DNA from: Leptolyngbyaceae cyanobacterium
GTDB lineage: Bacteria; Cyanobacteriota; Cyanobacteriia; Phormidesmidales; Phormidesmidaceae
DNA length: 64,000 nt
Direction of reading: 5' to 3'
NCBI GenBank assembly: GCA_965263355.1
Contig: CBDHHL010000032.1
Span: forward strand, 1,600,001-1,664,000
The position numbers and the translations under genes are program-made. Below are positions 57,822 to 64,000 of the stretch, piece by piece; within the stretch, counting starts at the first letter, position 1; each line of letters begins with the position of its first letter. Under the pieces are notes generated by a model. The model was not told the DNA's origin. It saw only the letters and a program-made list of their open reading frames with translations, and made no database searches.

Positions 57822-58757
57822 TTAGAGGCCCAGGACCTGCTTAAGCTCCCGAATGGACTGATAATCCGCGTCTTCAGTCACCGTATAGCCAGCAGATTCA
57901 GCACCACTGACACCCACTAATCCCTCTGGTGCATTTATTAAAGCTTTCTGCAGTTCTAATTTTAGGGTTGCAGGAAGTTGAGAGGAGACAACGATTGGGC
58001 CATTGGGAATCGGCTCTGATTCCCACACAATTTTATACTCTCCAGATGCGAGTGCACCGCCTGGTTTAGTTTCGCGGGTAAAGTTGAGATTCTCAGTCAC
58101 AATGACATCAACGTCTTGGGCAACTAACATTTCAATAGATTTGTTGTGGCCACCAGAGAACCCTACACTTGAAAAATGTTCTTCGGGAACGAGGTCTATC
58201 TGTTTAAAGTTGTAGGAAGGTACTAAAAATCCAGATGTTGAAGAGTCGGTTACAAAGCTAAATCGTTTACCAGCGGTGTCTTCGATGGAGTCAATACCGC
58301 TGTCAGTACGAACAACCATGACACTGGTATACCACGGGCGACCACTATTTTTATCGATAGGAACAACTAATGGTTCTACGTTAGAGTTGCGCTCACGTGC
58401 TTGGAGATAGGTGAAGGCTCCCAAAGACGCCATTTGAACCTCACCATTGACAAGATAATCTACGGCTGCATCGTAGCTGTCGGTCAACTCGATGTTGACA
58501 GGCAGCCCAAGTTTCTCTGTCAAATAAGCTGCCAAGTCTTGAAGTTTGGCCGCCTGTTCATTGGAATTTTGCCAGGGAATAACTGCGACATTAAGGCTTT
58601 CAAGGTTAGCCTGGGTGTCTGTAACTGGCTCTGACACAATAGTATTAATGCTGGCAGGTGAGTTACACGCAGTGATTATTCCCCCTACGGTCAACATAGT
58701 CAATAGCAAGGATACGGTACTCACCTGCGATCGCCATTGATCAGAGAAATGATTCAT
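57822..58757 (-). CDS. PhnD/PtxB-like substrate-binding lipoprotein
   Basis: Lipobox ITAC, YTSVMVVR, DSSTSGFLVP, GGH and WESEPIP. Confidence 0.85.
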   Translation of the reverse strand: MNHFSDQWRSQVSTVSLLLTMLTVGGIITACNSPASINTIVSEPVTDTQANLESLNVAVIPWQNSNEQAAKLQDLAAYLTEKLGLPVNIELTDSYDAAVDYLVNGEVQMASLGAFTYLQARERNSNVEPLVVPIDKNSGRPWYTSVMVVRTDSGIDSIEDTAGKRFSFVTDSSTSGFLVPSYNFKQIDLVPEEHFSSVGFSGGHNKSIEMLVAQDVDVIVTENLNFTRETKPGGALASGEYKIVWESEPIPNGPIVVSSQLPATLKLELQKALINAPEGLVGVSGAESAGYTVTEDADYQSIRELKQVLGL

Positions 58758-59086
58758 AGAATTAGCTAGAGTGAAGATTGACAAGCAAGAAAATCTTAAC
58801 GAAACGAAATATCTTCTTACAGATAGCCTTAGTCTGCCCACGTCTGACAGTCCATGAGACAGCTTTAAATCTATGAGTATAACGGTTTATACGGTTCGAG
58901 TTTTGCTCTCTCACAGAAAGGTCATATTGGTAAAACACATATTGGTAAGTAAAATCATAAATGTCGTGATGACGGACATTCGTTCGTTGAGGCCTCTCAA
59001 CATAAACCTATTGATGAGGCTCCCAAACGATTGAACAATAAGCGCTTACTCGAAAATCCTCACTATATGACAGTCTCATCTAAACC

Positions 59087-59245
59087 CTAAAAAAGCCTGT
59101 ACCGTTAAGTACAGGCTTGGTTGAGAGAGGAGTTATGGGAATGCCCAGAAATACCCTTGCAGCTTCTAGAATTTATACCTGCTCCACATCAGCAACGATG
59201 TTAGCCCCAGCCGTTATATAAATATTCAATGGGCTAGGCAAGCTT
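59087..59245 (-). ncRNA. Candidate small RNA with a CU-rich (anti-SD-like) motif and intrinsic terminator
   Basis: Minus strand reads CCCATAACTCCTCTCTCAACC-AAGCCTGTAC-TTAACG-GTACAGGCTT-TTTT in a region with no ORF. The 5' end is only a guess. Confidence 0.4.
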
Positions 59246-59414
59246 GCTCTATGGTATGCAGATCTCGCAAATAATAAGAAAACTCCTAATAATAGCGATT
59301 TACATAACAGACTCAAAGAAAACGTATTTACTGTAAAACCTTTAACCCAGGCATAAATTCAAAAATATTTCACCAAAACCAGCTTTTTATAGCAATTAGA
59401 TTAAAAAAAATCCA

Positions 59415-59442
59415 TTAAAAAAGGGATAGCTACCGCTATCCC
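59415..59442 (-). terminator. Intrinsic terminator after the Asr1405-like gene
   Basis: Minus strand GGGATAGC-GGTA-GCTATCCC-TTTTTT. Confidence 0.7.
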
Positions 59443-59467
59443 ATTAGAGAGGATATCTAGTAAATTT

Positions 59468-59677
59468 TTAAGCCAGGATCAGGCAGCCCTCTAACCAGCT
59501 GGCAAGCTCACGCCGCGATTTGGTTAAACGGGTTGTAATGCACCAGACCTGAATCGCCTGATTGGCTGATTTGACATGCACTTTTAAGGGTTGATGACTT
59601 TTACACTCACAGACGATGCCCAACTCTTGTAGTCGAAAATACGCTTCCCAGCGATCGCAGCAATCAATTTCAACCAT
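59468..59677 (-). CDS. Asr1405/Asl0597-family small protein
   Basis: DRWEAYFRLQELGIVCEC...LASWLEGC; typical neighbour of dps and the ferredoxin. Confidence 0.8.
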   Translation of the reverse strand: MVEIDCCDRWEAYFRLQELGIVCECKSHQPLKVHVKSANQAIQVWCITTRLTKSRRELASWLEGCLILA

Positions 59678-60247
59678 AAATCAGCTCAATGTTTCTTACA
59701 GGGTTAGTAGTTGATATGGGCATGGAATTGTCAGCAAACAATCCCTGAAAACTCATCACTGGACAACTCTCTACATTACTAGAAGCTATTTGCAGTAACA
59801 CCGTAAATAAAAAATATGCACAAGGGAAAACGCCTGAATGGAAAAGGATTTCAACCTTTTTCAAAAAACACCTTTATCCATTAGATGACAATCTCTACCA
59901 GGTAGTCCGATAAGAAAACTCAAAACTTTTTAAAAGATTGTTATCACTTCCTAATAATTCATAACAAAATAGCTAGAAGTTACTTTCATCAAGGAAAAAC
60001 CATAGCCATGTGATGGTTTTAACATCAGTTCCTGAGGTCTCTGGCGATGGGGCTAACGGGCCAATAGCATTAGTAGCGCTTATTGCGAATACGTCCTACA
60101 TGAAAGGTGCTGAAAGTCTTGCATATCAAGCTTTTCAGCTAAATCTGGTGAGCTAATATAAGTTGCAAGAGTATTTGACAAAACAGTCTGAATTCTTGCA
60201 ATTCAGTGAACTCGATATCGCACTTACATTCCTTTAAGGAGTCATCT

Positions 60248-60790
60248 ATGGTTAGCCTATCTGCGTTAGTTACCCCCTTCGGCGAAGTTACTGACAATGC
60301 GATCGCATTAGAAGCATCCATTACCACCCCCATCTGTGAAGGCCTAAATATCCTACTGGCCAGTTTTCAGGCCATGTATATCCAGTACCAAAAGCATCAC
60401 TTCGTTGTAGAAGGTGCTGAGTTTTATCAACTCCACAACTATTTTGAAGAGAGCTACGACCAGGTCAAGGAGCATACCCATGATATTGGTGAGCGCCTGG
60501 ATGGCCTTGGAGGAGTACCCGTAGCCAGCTTTAGCAAATTAGCCGAACTGTGCTGCTTTACTCCCGAGTCCGATGGTATCTATCGCTGCCGCCAGATGGT
60601 TGCCAACGATCTAGCAGGAGAACAGGAAATAATCGCTGTTTTACGCCGTCAAGCTGCTCAAGCCGAAAGCTTGGGAGATCGCGCCACACGTTATTTGTAT
60701 GAAACGATTCTCCTGAAGACAGAAGAACGTGCTTATCACCTCAATCACTTCCTGGCAAATGACACCCTAGTGCTTATGAACAACAATTAA
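60248..60790 (+). CDS. dps: Dps/ferritin-like DNA protection protein
   Basis: AAGGAG ribosome-binding site, [25 protein letters not shown] and TEERAYH. Confidence 0.93.
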   Translation: MVSLSALVTPFGEVTDNAIALEASITTPICEGLNILLASFQAMYIQYQKHHFVVEGAEFYQLHNYFEESYDQVKEHTHDIGERLDGLGGVPVASFSKLAELCCFTPESDGIYRCRQMVANDLAGEQEIIAVLRRQAAQAESLGDRATRYLYETILLKTEERAYHLNHFLANDTLVLMNNN

Positions 60791-60809
60791 AGTTGTCACA
60801 ACCAACTAG

Positions 60810-60937
60810 CCGGATGTAACTAACCATCATCCAACTCCAGAATGGTTACTCTCCTGTAAAGGAATCTACAGGCTAAACCACGGACATGGTTTGAGAAAAC
60901 TCAAACGTAGACTGACCTCCCCTAGGGGAGGTTTTTC
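60810..60937 (+). ncRNA. Candidate PsrR1(SyR1)-like structured RNA downstream of dps
   Basis: AAACCACGGACATGGTTTGAGAAAACTCAAACGTA followed by the terminator ACCTCCCC-TA-GGGGAGGT-TTTT. The resemblance to PsrR1 is from memory only. Confidence 0.4.
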
Positions 60938-60950
60938 TATGCCTAGCATT

Positions 60951-60999
60951 TGAAAAGTATTCTCAGCTCCAATTGAACAGCAAATGAAAATAGATGTCA
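60951..60999 (+). promoter_or_regulatory. Two Fur-like 7-1-7 boxes upstream of the 2Fe-2S ferredoxin gene
   Basis: TGAAAAGTATTCTCA (60951-60965) and TGAAAATAGATGTCA (60985-60999). Confidence 0.45.
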
Positions 61000-61237
61000 A
61001 GAAGCCTAAGGGGTTTTCTGCGATTAGACTACCAAGGTATGTTCAGTTAGTTGTTGTAATCCTTTTCAGATAAGGTTTTAGCTAAAAAATGGTTCAGGTG
61101 ACCTAAGTACATTTGTATAGAATAGGCTTTCTTAATAGGATTTTATTCTAGGTTTAATTGACCTAATTTTAGAGGAACTAATCTCAATAAGCATAGATTT
61201 CTACGTTAAACTAGCGATAGTTGCTAAACAGATTGGC

Positions 61238-61822
61238 ATGGCTAAGGAAACATTCTGTCTGGAAGGTCGGTTTGAAGGGTTTATGGCGGGTAGCAAGTCC
61301 CCCTTCAAGTATTTGAATCTGTATAGTACCGATGGACAGTATGTGATTAAGCTGCCAAAGTCAGTACGTCTGATGCTGTTTGGTTACCTACAAACCGGCG
61401 ACTGGATTCGGGTGGTTGGCACTGAGTCTATTAATAAGGAAACTGGAGAGCCCAAATTTAAGGCCAGGGAAGTGGTGCGGGTGACGATGCCCGTAGAGGT
61501 CGTTAATACACCTTTAGATGATGCTGAGGAGCAGATGGTAGCTAAGGCTAAGAAAAAGCAGAGCCGTCCTAAGATTCTGATTTGCCAGAAATCCACATGC
61601 CGTAAACGGGGAGCTGGGCAAGTGTGCCATGAAGTAGAAACAGCCCTTGCTACCCATGGATTGACCGATACGGTCCAGGTAAAACTGACGGGCTGTATGG
61701 ATAAGTGCAAGGCCGGTCCTAACCTCGTTGTTATGCCCCACAAACAGCGATACACCAAGGTTAAGCCTGATCAAGTATCAGACTTAATCGCCCAGCATTT
61801 TCAATCGGATAATGTTGGTTAG
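61238..61822 (+). CDS. (2Fe-2S) thioredoxin-like ferredoxin domain protein with an N-terminal OB-like domain
   Basis: ICQKSTCRKRG and GCMDKCKAGPN. Confidence 0.88.
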   Translation: MAKETFCLEGRFEGFMAGSKSPFKYLNLYSTDGQYVIKLPKSVRLMLFGYLQTGDWIRVVGTESINKETGEPKFKAREVVRVTMPVEVVNTPLDDAEEQMVAKAKKKQSRPKILICQKSTCRKRGAGQVCHEVETALATHGLTDTVQVKLTGCMDKCKAGPNLVVMPHKQRYTKVKPDQVSDLIAQHFQSDNVG

Positions 61823-62660
61823 ACCCCCTACGTCAGCTACGGCGTCTAAGTCAGTTAAGCAGCCTCTTTTATCTAAAGGATTGCAAAACCATAAAGGTCT
61901 AGGGCTCTTAATTTTTCTATCGGTAATATTACACGGGGGATTACTGGTACTGCCAATGCCTCAATGGTGGTTACGAACAGCAGCCCCGGAGTCGGTACTT
62001 GACGAAGAGCTTGAGCAAAGTGGTGCGATCGCACTCACTATCGTTCCCCCCATTGCCAACCCCGAACCCGAACCAATTGCCCCGGCTACAGACCTTGAAC
62101 CAATTGCCCCGGCCCTACCAGAAGCGCCATCACCCGTCATTGAACCACCACCGCTGACTCAGGTTCCTGAGGAGTTAATTGCAGAGATCCCAGAGGAACT
62201 AGAAAAAGACTTAGAAGACGATATACAGGAGGAGCCCGAGCAGGAACCTGATCCTCCCTTGGAAAATATAGACGATAACCAACTAGACACAGACCCTGCT
62301 AATAGCGACCCCGAAGCTGGCATTGCCACCCCATTTAATGATGATTTTCCCCATATTGCTGGGGCACAGTCGGGCTGTTATGGGCTAGAAAACTGTCGTA
62401 TTGTAGATGGGCAAACCTTTAGGGATATTGCCAAAGCGATCCGCCAGGATTTAGAAGCTAAGGGCTATAAACTAATCCCCTATGACAATAGCGATTCTGG
62501 TGGAGGTAACCATAGAATTTACGAAATGCGACTGCTCAATGAGCCAGATACTGAGGTGAACTATCTCAATATTTTTGGTGAAGGGTTAACAGGAGCATTT
62601 TATGTCATTACTCCACAATTAATTGAACGAGAGGATTTAGAAGCTCTCGCCTTAGGATAG
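61812..62660 (+). CDS. Hypothetical membrane-anchored Pro/Glu-rich protein
   Basis: Transmembrane helix with SVILH, an EPEP spacer, and a C-terminal domain FPHIAGAQSGCYGLENC. Confidence 0.75.
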   Translation: MLVRPPTSATASKSVKQPLLSKGLQNHKGLGLLIFLSVILHGGLLVLPMPQWWLRTAAPESVLDEELEQSGAIALTIVPPIANPEPEPIAPATDLEPIAPALPEAPSPVIEPPPLTQVPEELIAEIPEELEKDLEDDIQEEPEQEPDPPLENIDDNQLDTDPANSDPEAGIATPFNDDFPHIAGAQSGCYGLENCRIVDGQTFRDIAKAIRQDLEAKGYKLIPYDNSDSGGGNHRIYEMRLLNEPDTEVNYLNIFGEGLTGAFYVITPQLIEREDLEALALG

Positions 62661-62754
62661 TCTGCAGAACAGAAAACAGGATGAGATCTTCGCGCATCGT
62701 TGTTACTCGATGGGTAGATCTGCATCCTGTGGTAAGAGGGAACAACTGAGAGAA

Positions 62755-63297
62755 CTAGGCAACGTTGGTTTGTTTTTTGCGAGCCACAACTAACCCACCT
62801 GCCATCAACAAGCTAATTATTGTAGCAGGTTCAGGAACGGTGGTACTCTCTCCGGCAACGAGAGTGCCCAAGCCAGCATCTGTGGCTGCACCAACAGGTC
62901 CCAACTCGTATTCAAAGTTTGTGCCAGGTTGATTAGCGCTATCGCCAATGGCAAAAAATACATCGCCTGTATCAACAACATAATTAAGGCCACTGAATGA
63001 GCCATCTAAGAAAGATACCTCTGGAAACAGACCTGTTTCAAAACCGAAGTCATCTGCTTCTGTGAAGGTGGTGCCTGAAAAGTCAAAATCAAGGGTAAGG
63101 CCATCTTCTGCAGTAACAATCTCCTGACCGACGCCAGATAGTAAGGAATCTTTAAAGCTTAGGGAACCGCTAAAGGTTTCGCCAGCTAAATCACCACTAG
63201 TAACATCGATAGAAAAGGGCTGGAGCAGTGTAGCAGCGTTAGCTGGAGCTGCGGCTAAAACCATACTGCTTGCGATCGCGAAGGTCAAACGTTTCAT
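62755..63297 (-). CDS. PEP-CTERM sorting domain protein
   Basis: AAGGAG ribosome-binding site, signal peptide ending ANA, and C-terminal VPEP + hydrophobic helix + RKK. Confidence 0.9.
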   Translation of the reverse strand: MKRLTFAIASSMVLAAAPANAATLLQPFSIDVTSGDLAGETFSGSLSFKDSLLSGVGQEIVTAEDGLTLDFDFSGTTFTEADDFGFETGLFPEVSFLDGSFSGLNYVVDTGDVFFAIGDSANQPGTNFEYELGPVGAATDAGLGTLVAGESTTVPEPATIISLLMAGGLVVARKKQTNVA

Positions 63298-63930
63298 CAG
63301 AGAAAACTCCTTTGAGAGTATATTTTCATCAGATAAATAGCTGTTATGAGCTAGATGCAGATAAATTGCCGTTGCTGATTTGGAGGATGGATCAATCCGA
63401 AAGAATGGCAACTAGCCCAGGCTATACAGATAAAATCATGCCAGAATTCAGCAACGTCCTATTTCTGCTAGCAACCAATACCAGCAGAAAAATACAAACA
63501 CTAGGTTAATGTCGGGTTATCAAAATTTTCCTAATTTATGGAAAACGGAACGTTGGCTAGGGAATACGACCAAAATCGTTCTGCTGTGTTAATGACACGT
63601 TAAGAGAGCGTTTATCTTGGCATAATACTTGCTTTACGTTTGCTTTCTATAGATACATTGTCTCTTTTACAGAGATGCTTCTATGGATAGTTTACCGTTG
63701 CTGATTTTAGGTCTTGAGTTTACCTATTGCAATGTCCTTTGAAAAACATCGCAATGGTGCATTGCAAGCCAATCCACACCGAGAATCAGCAGCACCAATA
63801 TTTAGGGATTGCCTGACCAGTTATACAAAACTTTGTCGTCTATCTAACAGATAACAACGTTGAGGTAGTGGTTTCTGGCAAATCTTTGGGGCCTAACGCT
63901 TACGGTAATATTTTGTCAGGGGAATTAGAC

Positions 63931-64000
63931 ATGAATGGAAAGCTATCGAGACGTTCTTTTTTGGCGCTAAGTGCCGCCAGCGCAGGTGCTGCTGTTGGCA
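63931..64000 (+). CDS. 5' fragment of a Tat-exported protein, possibly the Fe(III)-binding protein FutA/IdiA
   Basis: MNGKLSRRSFLALSAASAGAAVG has an SRRxFL twin-arginine motif and is cut off by the window edge. The FutA identity is inferred from context only. Confidence 0.6.
   Translation, partial: MNGKLSRRSFLALSAASAGAAVG

Noticed and set aside
59670..59864. 64-aa ORF upstream of the Asr1405-like gene
   Set aside because: AT-rich promoter region, no motif; probably spurious.
1485..63279. Many GCGATCGC octamers
   Set aside because: Ordinary cyanobacterial HIP1 sites; useful for taxonomy, not novel.

Overview
Cyanobacterial chromosomal DNA, most likely from a filamentous Leptolyngbya/Leptothoe-like organism. 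The evidence is roughly 25 HIP1 GCGATCGC octamers counted by eye plus cyanobacteria-type gene families. The layout is as follows. (1) 0-10 kb: housekeeping genes (DUF39 homocysteine-synthesis gene, prmA, serA, hemW, PIN/TRAM, guaA, moaA). (2) 10-19 kb: a PadR-controlled RND efflux operon whose permease is fused to a TPR block, then a rhodanese lipoprotein and an HxlR/thioredoxin-fold redox pair. (3) 19-26 kb: sbcC and a PstS-like/DUF4912 operon. (4) 27-47 kb: an accessory secretion island, the most interesting part of the window. It has two convergent C39-peptidase ABC transporter + HlyD modules, one of which has its catalytic His replaced by Arg. It encodes four double-glycine precursor peptides; one is missed by the ORF track and has the core FYYYYDNRSCCYYY, and three have FPG-rich cores. 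No tailoring enzyme is present. The island also holds two filamentous-haemagglutinin-like proteins, an RTX metalloprotease with seven GxxxWWQ repeats, and a small protein ending in a DUF928-like motif. (5) 47-64 kb: an iron-stress region (futB, fhuC-like ATPase, exbBD, tonB, dps, Asr1405-like, 2Fe-2S ferredoxin, Fur-like boxes, two candidate sRNAs) interrupted by a PhnD-like/histidine-kinase operon. Several small palindromic repeats are also present. No rRNA, tRNA, CRISPR array or transposase was seen. All family assignments come from motif recognition; no searches were run.
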